Assembly: GCA_041577295.1 (NCBI GenBank)
Contig: JBFGJG010000018.1
Span: 11,230 to 75,229, forward strand
From: Gemmatimonadales bacterium
GTDB taxonomy: Bacteria > Gemmatimonadota > Gemmatimonadetes > Gemmatimonadales > GWC2-71-9
Length of the DNA: 64,000 bases
Direction of reading: 5' to 3'
A program made the translations under genes and the position numbers. Every line of letters begins with the position of its first letter. Within the stretch, counting starts at the first letter, position 1. Positions 42,079-54,550 of the stretch are shown here, piece after piece. The notes below the pieces were generated by a model. It worked only from the letters and a program-made list of their open reading frames with translations. It ran no database searches and had not been told where the DNA came from.

Positions 42079-42639
42079 ATGGCATCAACGGCAGATTTTC
42101 GCAATGGGATGGTGCTCGATATCGACGGCCAACTGTTTCAGATCGTCTACTTTCAGCACGTAAAGCCGGGGAAGGGTGGCGCGTTTGTTCGCAGTAAGCT
42201 GAAGAACGTCATGACCGGCGCGGTGGTCGATCGGACATGGACCGCCGGTGAACGCGTCAACGACGTGCGGCTCGAACGACGTCCAGTCCAGTATTCATAC
42301 CACGATGGGCACCATTACCACTTCATGGATATGGGGTCGTTCGAAGACATTCCATTGAGCGAGGAGTTGGTGGGTCAGGACCAGTTGAAGTATTTGAAGG
42401 AAGGGATGGAGTGCTCTGGGCTGGTCCACGACGGGAAGGTGCTCATGATTGAGTTGCCGTTCTTCGTCGAGCTCAAGGTCGTCGAGACCGACCCTGGTGT
42501 TCGCGGCGATACAGCCAGCGGCGGCACGAAGCCGGCCAAACTCGAAACGGGTGCGGTGGTGCAGGTACCGTTGTTCATCGAGGAGGGGCAGATGGTCCGG
42601 GTCGACCGCCGTGAGGACAAGTATCTCGAGCGCGTATGA
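42079..42639 (+). CDS. efp: Elongation factor P
   Basis: HVKPGKGGAFVR, PGVRGDTASGGTKPA, VPLFI. Confidence 0.97.
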   Translation: MASTADFRNGMVLDIDGQLFQIVYFQHVKPGKGGAFVRSKLKNVMTGAVVDRTWTAGERVNDVRLERRPVQYSYHDGHHYHFMDMGSFEDIPLSEELVGQDQLKYLKEGMECSGLVHDGKVLMIELPFFVELKVVETDPGVRGDTASGGTKPAKLETGAVVQVPLFIEEGQMVRVDRREDKYLERV

Positions 42640-43166
42640 TCGATCTGAATTTTGTCGAACGACTCATGGAGCTCCTCAACCGCTCGAACGCGTCCGCGAT
42701 CGAGGTGAAGCGCAACTGGTGGAGCACCACCCTGAAGATCTCGAAGGTAGGGGACTTCTCAAATGCCGGGCACGTCACCTATCAGGTCGCGCAGTCGCCG
42801 CCCACTGCGACAGCCGCACCGGCACCTCAGGCCCCAACCGTGTCTCCGCCGCCACCAGCAACCCCGCCGGCCGAGGGAGCGGCCCCATCCGCTACGGAGG
42901 AGAAGGGAGCCGCGGCCACCCAGCTTTTGGAGATCAAGTCGCCGATGGTCGGGACGTTTTACGCGAGGCCTGAACCGGGGGCCGAGCCGTACGTACGGGT
43001 CGGAAGTCGTATCAGCCCCGGACAGACGCTGTGCATCATCGAGGCGATGAAGATCATGAATCCCATCGACGCGGAGATCGCTGGAGCGATTCGCGAGATC
43101 GCCGTTCAGGATGCCGCACCCGTAGAGTTCGGACAGGTGCTGTTCAGGATAGATCCCAATGGCTGA
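42636..43166 (+). CDS. accB: Acetyl-CoA carboxylase biotin carboxyl carrier protein
   Basis: Ala/Pro linker, SPMVGTFY, and the biotinylation motif EAMK. Confidence 0.95.
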   Translation: MIDLNFVERLMELLNRSNASAIEVKRNWWSTTLKISKVGDFSNAGHVTYQVAQSPPTATAAPAPQAPTVSPPPPATPPAEGAAPSATEEKGAAATQLLEIKSPMVGTFYARPEPGAEPYVRVGSRISPGQTLCIIEAMKIMNPIDAEIAGAIREIAVQDAAPVEFGQVLFRIDPNG

Positions 43167-44331
43167 GACCGCGCAGAAACTCCGTCCGTTTCACTTCAAA
43201 CAGGCCATCGTGGAGATGGTGCAGCTCGAGGCGTCTGACTTGCATTTGAAGGTGGGGCGACCGCCCACGGTGCGCGTGGCCGGCGAGCTGTTCCAGTTGC
43301 AGATGGAGCCGCTCAAGCCAGAGGAATTGAAAAGCCTCGCCGAGCAGCTGATGACGCCGCGTCAGGTGAAGGAGTTTGCCGACCAGAAGGAAGCGGACTT
43401 TGCCATCGGTGTCCCCGGCATCGGCCGATTTCGCACGAACGTCTACTTGCAACGCGGCACGCTCGCTTTCGTGTTCCGCGCCGTTCCGTACGAGATCAAA
43501 AACATCGCGGAGCTCCAACTGCCCCGCGTGCTCGAGTCCGTTGCCTTGAAGCCCCGTGGTCTGGTCTTGGTTACCGGCGTGACGGGCTCCGGGAAGTCGA
43601 CGGCGTTGGCAGCGATGGTGAACCACATCAATCTCCATCGGCGGTGTAACGTTATCACCATCGAGGACCCCATCGAGTTCCTCCATCGTGATGGTCTCGC
43701 GAACATCTCTCAGCGCGAGGTTGGCACCGATACGCTGTCGTTTGATTCGGCGCTCCGTCATGTGCTGCGACAGGACCCGGATGTCGTGCTAATCGGCGAG
43801 ATCCGGGACCGGGTGACGTTGGACACCGCATTGAAGGCTGCCGACACCGGTCACCTGGTGTTCTCCACGCTGCATACGACGGACGCGACCCAGACCATCA
43901 ACCGAGTTATCTCGTTCTTCCCCCCGCACGAGCACGAAGCGGTGCGTTCACTCCTGTCCACGGCGCTCGAGGCCGTGATTTCGCTTCGTCTCGTCCCGAC
44001 GAAGGACGGCAAGGCGCGGGTGCCGGCCTGTGAGGTGCTGATCAACACGGCGGCGGTGCGGGACAACGTCCGCGACTCGGAGAAGGCGCTCGCCATCCCG
44101 GAGCTCATCCGGGAGGGAACGGTGCAGTACGGGATGCAGTCGTTCGATCAGTCGCTAATGCATTGGTACAAGAAAGGCGCCATCAGCTACGAAGCGGCTC
44201 TGTTCTACTCGACCAACCCCAGTGAGTTTGCTCTCCGCGTGAGCGGCGTCGAAAGCGCGTCCGATCGCACGTTCGCCGATGAAATGTCCCGCAGCGAAGA
44301 GAGTGAACGACTCAAGGGCTCGACCCACTGA
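43159..44331 (+). CDS. pilT: Type IV pilus retraction ATPase (PilT/PilU family)
   Basis: [14 protein letters not shown], Walker [51 protein letters not shown]. Confidence 0.9.
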   Translation: MAETAQKLRPFHFKQAIVEMVQLEASDLHLKVGRPPTVRVAGELFQLQMEPLKPEELKSLAEQLMTPRQVKEFADQKEADFAIGVPGIGRFRTNVYLQRGTLAFVFRAVPYEIKNIAELQLPRVLESVALKPRGLVLVTGVTGSGKSTALAAMVNHINLHRRCNVITIEDPIEFLHRDGLANISQREVGTDTLSFDSALRHVLRQDPDVVLIGEIRDRVTLDTALKAADTGHLVFSTLHTTDATQTINRVISFFPPHEHEAVRSLLSTALEAVISLRLVPTKDGKARVPACEVLINTAAVRDNVRDSEKALAIPELIREGTVQYGMQSFDQSLMHWYKKGAISYEAALFYSTNPSEFALRVSGVESASDRTFADEMSRSEESERLKGSTH

Positions 44332-44335
44332 CGAC

Positions 44336-45694
44336 ATGTTCAAAAAAGTCTTGATCGCCAACCGCGGCGAAATCGCGCTGCGGGTGATCCGTGCGTGTCG
44401 GGAACTCGGCGTCCAGACTGTCGCGGTGTACAGCGAAGCGGATCGAGAGTGCCTGCACGTTCGCTTCGCCGATGACGACGTTTGTATCGGACCTCCTCCA
44501 AGCAGGTCATCCTATCTGAACATTCCGGCGATCATCGCCGCTGCCGAAATCACTGGCGCGGACGCCATCCATCCTGGTTACGGGTTCCTCGCTGAGAAAG
44601 CGGAGTTTGCAGAGAAATGTGCCGCGTCGAAGATCACCTTCATCGGACCGACTGCCGAGCAGATTCGACTCATGGGCGATAAGGCGGCCGCGCGCAAGCT
44701 CGCCAGGGAGCTGGGAATTCCCGTCGTGCCAGGGTCGGAGGGGACGCTCGAAGACCCTGAGCGGGCGCTCAAGGTCGCGCGAGAGATCGGGTTTCCGGTC
44801 ATCATCAAAGCGGCCGCGGGTGGCGGCGGGAAGGGGATGCGGGTCGCGCGGGACCCGGAGGCGTTCCATCGGGGGTTCCAACTCGCGCGCAACGAGGCCC
44901 TCGCCGCGTTTGGCACGCCGGAGGTGTACGTCGAGAAATATCTCGAGCGTCCGCGACACGTCGAGATCCAAGTGATGGGCGACCAGCACGGCAAGGTCGT
45001 GCACCTCTGCGAACGGGACTGCTCGGTTCAGCGGCGCCATCAGAAACTCGTGGAGGAGGCGCCGAGCCCGGCCCTCGATCAGGCTTTGCGAGAACGAATC
45101 GGTAACGCCGCGACCTGCGCGGCTGCGCACATTGGCTACGTCGGTGCGGGGACCGTCGAGTTCCTGCTCGACCACGATGGTAGCTTCTACTTCATGGAAA
45201 TGAACACGCGCATCCAGGTCGAGCATCCGGTCACCGAGATGGTGACCAACTACGATTTGGTGAAACAACAAATTCGCGTTGCGGCGGGCGAGCCAGTCCG
45301 AATGATTCTCCACAACAACCGTCTCCGTGGCTACGCCATCGAGTGTCGCGTGAACGCGGAGGATCCCTTCCGCAACTTTCAGCCCTCCCCTGGGACCATC
45401 ACGACATATCATCCGCCTGGCGGACCCGGGGTGCGCGTGGATACCCACATCTACGCCGGCTACACTGTTCCTCCATATTACGACTCGCTGCTCGCCAAAG
45501 TGATCGTGCACGGCAATACCCGTGAGGAAGCACTCGCGCGCATGAGTCAGGCGCTCGAATCCTTCATCATCGAAGGGATCACCACCACCATTCCGTTCCT
45601 CCTACGGATCGTGCACCACCCGGAGTTCCGGGCGGGACGCGTCGACACCAAGTTCTTGGAACGCCATACGGAGCTATTTCAGCAAAGCGAATGA
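44336..45694 (+). CDS. accC: Acetyl-CoA carboxylase biotin carboxylase
   Basis: [44 protein letters not shown]. Confidence 0.97.
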   Translation: MFKKVLIANRGEIALRVIRACRELGVQTVAVYSEADRECLHVRFADDDVCIGPPPSRSSYLNIPAIIAAAEITGADAIHPGYGFLAEKAEFAEKCAASKITFIGPTAEQIRLMGDKAAARKLARELGIPVVPGSEGTLEDPERALKVAREIGFPVIIKAAAGGGGKGMRVARDPEAFHRGFQLARNEALAAFGTPEVYVEKYLERPRHVEIQVMGDQHGKVVHLCERDCSVQRRHQKLVEEAPSPALDQALRERIGNAATCAAAHIGYVGAGTVEFLLDHDGSFYFMEMNTRIQVEHPVTEMVTNYDLVKQQIRVAAGEPVRMILHNNRLRGYAIECRVNAEDPFRNFQPSPGTITTYHPPGGPGVRVDTHIYAGYTVPPYYDSLLAKVIVHGNTREEALARMSQALESFIIEGITTTIPFLLRIVHHPEFRAGRVDTKFLERHTELFQQSE

Positions 45695-46434
45695 AGCTGG
45701 CCGTGTATTTTACGCCGCTGGGCTTGACCCATGGAGACATCGCGGGGAAGCCGGTGCTCGTGCTGGATGTGCTCAGAACTACGACCACCATGGTGGCCGC
45801 GTTGGCGCATGGCGCGCGGGCCGTCGTTCCCACGTCCACCGCCGACGAGGCGCTCCGCGTGGCCCACAGCCTGGAGCGAGACAACGTGCTCCTCGCGGGT
45901 GAGCGTGGGTGTTTGCGCGTCGAGGGGTTCGCCCTGGGCAATTCCCCGGTGGAAATGCAGGGGGCAGCTGTGGCGGGAAAAACCATCGTGATGTCGACCA
46001 CGAACGGCACGCGAGCGTTCGAGTCGGTCGATGCAGCCAGTAATGTTTTTGTTGGTGCTGCTACGAACTTCAGCGCCGTGGTGGCCCGGGTATCCGAGAT
46101 GCTGGCGCAGCGGGGAGAACTGATCGTGCTCTGCAGTGGACGGGAAAAGCGGTTTGCGCTCGAGGACGCGTACGCGGCTGGACGTTTTGCGCAGGCGCTT
46201 ATTCCCGCCAGCGAGCGGCGGCGGGCGGAACTGAACGACGCGGCGATTGCCGCACTCCAGCTCGTGCGACGTTACGGAGATCGCTGGAAGCGGGCATTCC
46301 AGGCCAGCACCGCTGCGCGCGAGCTCAAGCGCCTCGGATTCAAGGAGGACGTGATCGCCGCCTCGGCGGTCGATACGTTTGGCATTGTGCCGGTCTATGC
46401 CGAGCGGCTCGTTTCCGTGCGCGACGGGAGGTAG
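45691..46434 (+). CDS. comB: 2-phosphosulfolactate phosphatase family protein
   Basis: [28 protein letters not shown]. Confidence 0.88.
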   Translation: MKLAVYFTPLGLTHGDIAGKPVLVLDVLRTTTTMVAALAHGARAVVPTSTADEALRVAHSLERDNVLLAGERGCLRVEGFALGNSPVEMQGAAVAGKTIVMSTTNGTRAFESVDAASNVFVGAATNFSAVVARVSEMLAQRGELIVLCSGREKRFALEDAYAAGRFAQALIPASERRRAELNDAAIAALQLVRRYGDRWKRAFQASTAARELKRLGFKEDVIAASAVDTFGIVPVYAERLVSVRDGR

Positions 46435-46436
46435 CT

Positions 46437-48638
46437 ATGGAGCTCCGACGGCGCAACGAGATCCTCGCGATTGCCTACCTCCTCCTAGGCGTGTTCATCG
46501 CCTTGAGTCTGTTGCCGGCCCAGATCACTGGTCCTGTGGGAGGGGTGATCGGGGGTGTGTTATGGAAGTATTTGGGTCTTGGTTCCCCACTCATCGCCTT
46601 GCTGTGCTTCACGCTCGGTCTCGCCGGTTTCGGCCGCCTCGGGCGTCTCGACTTCGTGCGTACCGGTGTGCTGTTCGGCGGCTTGATACTGCTCGTGCCA
46701 CTGTCAGTGGGAATCGCCTCGGGAATCACGAAAGTCCGCGCGTTTCCGGCCGCCTACGAAGATTGGAACGTCACGCAGCAGCTCGTCGGGATGTTGCCGG
46801 GTGTCATCGCGGTGAGCCTCACCAATCTCATCGGCACCGCCGGAGCTGTGCTCGTGGTGCTTCTGGCTGTCTCGGTACTCACCATCTACACACTCGATTG
46901 GCACCCCTTCCGTCGTTTGACCCAATCGGGCACTCGCGCGGAGATCACGTCGAATGCGCCGGCCCCGGTCTGGGAGGAGCCAACCGATGAGGACGTCGAG
47001 GAGGCGGTCGTGGCGGCACCACGTGGGCTACGCGCCAAGCTTACTGTGGGTCGGAAGAAACTGACTGGACGGAAGAAGCCCAAGGCAGACAAGACCGGCA
47101 CGCACGACCCGATGGAAGAGCGCCCACCCATCGAGTTGCTCGCCGGGCCCACAAAAGAGGGAACCAACGGACGCACGGATGAGATTGAGCACTTAGGTGA
47201 CGTGTTGATCGATACGCTCCGCACGTTTCGAGTGGAAGGAAGCATTGTCGGGAGGACCACGGGACCCGTGGTGACGCAGTACGAGGTGGCACCCGCCCCT
47301 GGAGTGAAGGTCGGTCGCATCGCGGCGCTGGCCGATGATCTCGCCCTCGCCATGCGCGCACAGTCGATTCGTATCATCGCCCCCATTCCGGGCAAAGCGG
47401 CGGTTGGTGTCGAGGTACCGAATCCTACCGCCCAGATCGTCACCCTCCGGGAGTTGTTTGAGGCCAATGAATGGGAGCGGACGCGCGCTGCCTTGCCCAT
47501 TGCGCTGGGACGCAACCTCGAAGGCAGGGCGGTGATTGCCGATCTCGCGAAAATGCCCCACCTGTTGATCGCCGGCGCTACCGGCTCGGGAAAATCGGTG
47601 TGCATCAACGGCATCATCACGAGCCTGATCTATCGGTACACGCCCCAAGAGCTACGCATGTTGATGATCGACCCCAAGATGGTCGAGCTCTCGATCTACA
47701 ATGCGTTGCCCCACTTGCGGCATCCGGTGGTGACGAACAACAAACAGGCGGCACAGGCGCTGAAATGGGCAATGATGGAGATGGACAGGCGGTACGAGCT
47801 GTTCCACGCCAACGGCGCACGAAACTTCTACGATTTCAATCGCCGGGTCATCGAAGAACGAGAACTCGTGCAGCCCAAGCGGGGTGCTGACCGAGGTGGG
47901 TCGAGTGAGCAACTCGAGATGCCTGTGCCGTACGACGAAGGGCCGCTGCCGTACGTGGTGATCGTCGTGGATGAGCTGGCCGATCTCATGATGACGGTGC
48001 AAGGAGAAGTTGAAAAGCCACTGGCGATCCTCGCGCAAAAAGCGCGAGCCACCGGAATCCATCTGATCCTGGCGACGCAGAGACCGTCCGTGAACGTGAT
48101 CACCGGTCTTATCAAGGCAAACTTCCCTAGCCGGATTGCCTTTCGCGTGGCCAGCAAGGTCGACAGCCGGACCATCATCGACCAGAACGGCGCCGAGACG
48201 CTGCTGGGCAACGGTGACATGCTGTTCCTTCCGCCTGGGAAGAGCGAGCCAATCCGGGTGCAGGGCGCGTTCATTTCGACCGAGGAAACCGAACGGGTCA
48301 CGTCGTGGTACGAGGAAGCGGCAAAGGCGCCCGCCCGAGAGGAAGAAGACATTCTCGAGGTGGTGGAGGCGATGGAGGCGGAGGAGGTCACCACCGGAGG
48401 AGCAGGGCAGCCGGGCGATCGAGATGCGCTGTTCCAGGAGGCCGCGGAAACCTGCATCCAGAATCAGCTTGGCTCGACCTCGCTGCTGCAACGCAAGCTC
48501 CGCATCGGCTACGGACGAGCGGCGCGGATCATCGACCAACTCCACGAGGCAGGCGTGCTGGGCCCACCCGATGGCTCAAAGGCCCGCGAGGTGCTCGTGG
48601 GGATCGAGGATTTGGAAAGAATCGTGAGCGGGAAATAG
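46437..48638 (+). CDS. ftsK: DNA translocase FtsK/SpoIIIE
   Basis: N-terminal TMs, MPHLLIAGATGSGKS, DELADLMM, ATQRPSV, and gamma domain SLLQRKLRIGYGRAARI. Confidence 0.96.
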   Translation: MELRRRNEILAIAYLLLGVFIALSLLPAQITGPVGGVIGGVLWKYLGLGSPLIALLCFTLGLAGFGRLGRLDFVRTGVLFGGLILLVPLSVGIASGITKVRAFPAAYEDWNVTQQLVGMLPGVIAVSLTNLIGTAGAVLVVLLAVSVLTIYTLDWHPFRRLTQSGTRAEITSNAPAPVWEEPTDEDVEEAVVAAPRGLRAKLTVGRKKLTGRKKPKADKTGTHDPMEERPPIELLAGPTKEGTNGRTDEIEHLGDVLIDTLRTFRVEGSIVGRTTGPVVTQYEVAPAPGVKVGRIAALADDLALAMRAQSIRIIAPIPGKAAVGVEVPNPTAQIVTLRELFEANEWERTRAALPIALGRNLEGRAVIADLAKMPHLLIAGATGSGKSVCINGIITSLIYRYTPQELRMLMIDPKMVELSIYNALPHLRHPVVTNNKQAAQALKWAMMEMDRRYELFHANGARNFYDFNRRVIEERELVQPKRGADRGGSSEQLEMPVPYDEGPLPYVVIVVDELADLMMTVQGEVEKPLAILAQKARATGIHLILATQRPSVNVITGLIKANFPSRIAFRVASKVDSRTIIDQNGAETLLGNGDMLFLPPGKSEPIRVQGAFISTEETERVTSWYEEAAKAPAREEEDILEVVEAMEAEEVTTGGAGQPGDRDALFQEAAETCIQNQLGSTSLLQRKLRIGYGRAARIIDQLHEAGVLGPPDGSKAREVLVGIEDLERIVSGK

Positions 48639-48839
48639 GGGAGGAGCGAGTAGGACTAAGGAGTAGGGAGTAGCGCGGGCGCCTTTGCGGTCCGACCGCT
48701 TCCTGATGCCCGCTCCGGCGCCCTCACACCGCTGTGCATCGAGTCCCGTCAGTGCTGATCCCACGCATTACGCACTACTCCCACCGCACCCCTCCCACCC
48801 CCGTCTTTCCGATCCACCGAGCACGATTTCGGTTGTCCG

Positions 48840-49271
48840 ATGCTCCCCAAGCCGCAGTATCGTCCTGGCGTGGCCATCAAGTCAGATCCATCGGAGTGGA
48901 AGGACCCGCGTCACCGGCTGGGTCTCTGGGGAGAACGGGTGGCCATGCGGTACCTTCGATGCTCCGGCTGGAGCGTTCTGGCGCACCGCTTTCGGATGGG
49001 GCGGCTTGAAATCGACCTGGTAGCACGCGCGGACAAGATGGTAGCATTCGTCGAGGTGAAGACCAGATGGGGTGGCAAGTTTGGCAGCCCGTTGGAGGCT
49101 GTCACCTGGGCGAAGCAGCGCGAGATCCATCGGGTGGCTCGGGCATGGGTGGACCGATATGGCCAGCGGGACGAGGATTATCGCTTCGACGTTATCGGGG
49201 TCACGTTGCGTTCTGGTCGGGCCCCCAGGATTGAGCATGTGGAAGACGCATTTCGCCCCGGGTGGCGCTGA
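48840..49271 (+). CDS. yraN: YraN family putative endonuclease (UPF0102)
   Basis: LGLWGE, EIDLVA, FVEVKTR, EAVT..KQ, RFDVI, HVEDAF. Confidence 0.9.
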   Translation: MLPKPQYRPGVAIKSDPSEWKDPRHRLGLWGERVAMRYLRCSGWSVLAHRFRMGRLEIDLVARADKMVAFVEVKTRWGGKFGSPLEAVTWAKQREIHRVARAWVDRYGQRDEDYRFDVIGVTLRSGRAPRIEHVEDAFRPGWR

Positions 49272-49356
49272 GGGTCGTCATGAACGACCTCTGGCCGCCC
49301 CACCGCGGGTCTCACCCTGCGCCCGTTAACCGGGTGGACTGGCGTTGTGGAGGGGC

Positions 49357-49374
49357 TTCGGCATATATTCGGTA
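49357..49374. promoter_or_regulatory. Candidate LexA/SOS-type operator upstream of recA
   Basis: TTCGG-CATATA-TTCGG-TA direct repeat with 11-nt period in the recA promoter region. Confidence 0.45.
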
Positions 49375-49418
49375 TGCCTGGGCCCGGCATCCAATGACTC
49401 CTGCGACATGAGGTGATG

Positions 49419-50498
49419 ATGAGCGTGAAGCAAGATGAAAAGGCAGCGGCCAAGCTGACAGATGAGCGTCGCAAGGCCCTCAATCTGGCCATTACCCAGA
49501 TCGAGAAGAACATCGGAAAAGGCTCGATCATGCGGATGGGGCAGGAGAGTGCCCGGGTTAAGGTCGATGTGATCTCCACTGGGTCCATCAGCCTCGATGC
49601 GGCCATTGGAATCGGAGGAATACCGCGCGGCAGGATCACGGAGATCTACGGGCCGGAGTCCTCGGGAAAGACGACCATCGCGCTCCATATCGCCGCCAAC
49701 GCGCAGAAGGCGGGAGGAGTCGCCGCGTTTATCGACGCCGAGCATGCGCTAGACGTGGAGTACGCGAAGAAGCTCGGTGTCGATCTCGACAATCTCCTGG
49801 TGTCGCAGCCGGACACGGGAGAAGAGGCATTGGAGATCGCGGAGATTCTGGTGCGCTCGGGCGCCGTAGATGTCATCGTCATCGACTCGGTGGCGGCGCT
49901 GGTGCCCAAGGCGGAGATCGAAGGGGACATGGGAGATTCCCATGTTGGTCTCCAGGCACGTCTGATGTCGCAGGCGCTCCGTAAGCTGGCTGGCAGCATC
50001 AACCGGTCGCGGAGCTCGGTGGTCTTCATCAACCAGCTGCGAGAGAAGATCGGCGTGATGTTCGGCAACCCAGAGACCACCACCGGAGGCCGGGCCCTCA
50101 AGTTTTATTCCTCGGTGCGACTCGATGTCAGAAGAATCGGTCCGGTCAAAGAGCGAGATGAGATCACCGGGAGCCGGGTTCGTGTGAAGGTGGTGAAGAA
50201 CAAGGTGGCCCCGCCGTTTCGTCAGGCCGAGTTCGATATCATGTTCAACGAAGGCATCAGCCACTTCTCGCAGCTCGTGGATATTGGTGCAGAATCCGGC
50301 GTGATCGATAAGAGCGGTGCGTGGTACTCTTTTGGGAAGGAGCGGATCGGCCAGGGTCGGGAGAATGCCAAGCTCTTCCTCAAGGACCATGCTGATATCG
50401 CCGCGCAGATCGAGGCGCGGGTGAAGGAGTTTTTGGGAATTGCGCCCAAGACATCGGATCCCGAGGAGGCGCAGGCGGAGACCGCAGAGACCGAGTGA
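49419..50498 (+). CDS. recA: Recombinase A
   Basis: [47 protein letters not shown]. Start at ATG 49419 behind GAGGTG (49413 and 49416 are alternatives). Confidence 0.99.
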   Translation: MSVKQDEKAAAKLTDERRKALNLAITQIEKNIGKGSIMRMGQESARVKVDVISTGSISLDAAIGIGGIPRGRITEIYGPESSGKTTIALHIAANAQKAGGVAAFIDAEHALDVEYAKKLGVDLDNLLVSQPDTGEEALEIAEILVRSGAVDVIVIDSVAALVPKAEIEGDMGDSHVGLQARLMSQALRKLAGSINRSRSSVVFINQLREKIGVMFGNPETTTGGRALKFYSSVRLDVRRIGPVKERDEITGSRVRVKVVKNKVAPPFRQAEFDIMFNEGISHFSQLVDIGAESGVIDKSGAWYSFGKERIGQGRENAKLFLKDHADIAAQIEARVKEFLGIAPKTSDPEEAQAETAETE

Positions 50499-50500
50499 GT

Positions 50501-50603
50501 ACCGGCGGCAAGTGGTGAGTGGTAGGGTGGGTAGTTGATCCGTAGAAGGCTTACAGCTCACTACTCACCACTCCCCACTCGCAATCGACCACTCACCGCC
50601 GGT
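50501..50603. repeat. Heptamer-periodic inverted repeat between recA and recX
   Basis: ACCGGCGG...AGTGGTG AGTGGTA GGGTGGG... mirrored by CAGCTCA CTACTCA CCACTCC CCACTCG CAATCGA CCACTCA CCGCCGGT. Confidence 0.65.
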
Positions 50604-50613
50604 GGCTTCGAGC

Positions 50614-51243
50614 ATGTTTGTAACCTCCATCCGCCCCCACCCCCGCGTACCTGGTCGCCTCGTGATCGAGGTTGACGGTGCCCGGTTTGGCACGGTCTCC
50701 GTGGCAGCCGTGCAAGACTTGCAACTCGAGGAGGGCAAGGGGCTCTCCGAGGATGAGGCGAAGCAACTCTCCTACGCGGCGGACGTGGAGGCGGCCCACC
50801 GTGTGGTTCTTCGCATGCTCTCGAGCCGTCCTAGATCCGTATACGAAGTGCTTCGGCGACTGCGAGAGCGCGGTCACAATCCCTCGGCGGCTGCGGAAGC
50901 GGTGGGGCGGCTCGAGGAATCTGGACTCTTGGACGATCGCGAGTTCGCCGAGCACTTCGTGCGGGTGCGGGCACCCAAAGGCTTTGGCCGGTCGCGGTTA
51001 CTGCGAGACCTCGTGTCGCGTGGCGTGGACCGGCGGCTCGCGGAGCAGTCGATCGATCGCGAGCTCGAGCTTTCGGGCCTTGACGATTCCAATCAAGCGC
51101 GAATGCTGGCTGAGAAGCGCGCGATGCAACTTGGCGACGTTCCGCGCGCCAAGAAACGTCGCCGGCTCGTAGGCTATCTCGAGCGCCGTGGGTTCCGGGG
51201 GCGCGAGGTGATTGATGTGGTCGACGAGATTCTGAGCGAGTAG
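50614..51243 (+). CDS. recX: Regulatory protein RecX
   Basis: RPRSVYEV, LLDDREFA, GRSRL..DL..RGV, YLERRGF; directly after recA. Confidence 0.9.
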   Translation: MFVTSIRPHPRVPGRLVIEVDGARFGTVSVAAVQDLQLEEGKGLSEDEAKQLSYAADVEAAHRVVLRMLSSRPRSVYEVLRRLRERGHNPSAAAEAVGRLEESGLLDDREFAEHFVRVRAPKGFGRSRLLRDLVSRGVDRRLAEQSIDRELELSGLDDSNQARMLAEKRAMQLGDVPRAKKRRRLVGYLERRGFRGREVIDVVDEILSE

Positions 51244-51535
51244 TGAGAAGCTCGCTGTCAGCGTCGTGATTGATCGGCGGGGTATCGCGATGCGGGGCGC
51301 CCCCCCCGGTCTGAAGTTCGTTCGGCCCGTCGGTTCCACGGCCGGGGGACCGCTCACCGTTCCTGCTTCGTTGCCCCGCATCGCGGGGAGTTCCGGACGT
51401 GAACCGCTTGCCCGCTGGCGCCCTTTCTCGCGATGATTCCCCACCGCCCTCTCGCCGAAACGATGTGATAAACTCACTGCCTCGCCCAGCATCCCAACCC
51501 CCCCCGCCCTTGTCCCGGTGATTAAGTTTATCTCT

Positions 51536-54189
<2,654 letters not shown>

Positions 54190-54193
<4 letters not shown>

Positions 54194-54456
54194 CCACCCT
54201 GGCGGACTGGATTGGCCCCCGCCTCGACGGTGTTCCGCACTCTCTGCGGACGCGCGTCGAGGCAGCTCTCGAGTCGCACGGTCCCGGAGACGAGGTTGCC
54301 GTCGCAGATGCGCTCGAGCAGATGGCGGAGTTGCTGTTGGCAGAGGCAAAAGCGGCTCCGCAAGGACGTGAGACCGCCATGACCATCCTCGCCGCTGATG
54401 CGCTGGTCACCTGGGCATGTGAGGCGAAGGCAGAGCTAGATCCTGAAGCGCTATGA
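54190..54456 (+). CDS. Small hypothetical helical protein (88 aa), absent from the ORF track
   Basis: Open frame from CTG 54190 (overlapping the alaS TGA) to TGA 54456: (M)TTLADWIGPRLDGVPHSLRTRVEAALE...ILAADALVTWACEAKAELDPEAL. It fills most of the alaS-phosphatase gap. Confidence 0.6.
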
Positions 54457-54550
54457 ATAGCTGGGATGGAGGGGATAGAGAGGATGTCGCCGTTCCCGCC
54501 TGTGCTGCCAATCCCGCCCATCCCGCGGTGGGGGGAGGTTGCGGGCGGTC

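Noticed and set aside
45691..46434. comB as evidence for coenzyme M synthesis or a link to the phosphonate cluster
   Set aside because: No comA, comC or comDE is present. ComB-family genes are widespread in housekeeping contexts, and this one is about 10 kb from the cluster.
51244..51535. T-box riboswitch upstream of alaS
   Set aside because: No T-box consensus (GGTGGNACCGCG) or terminator with a U-tract was seen. Kept only as an unassigned structure.
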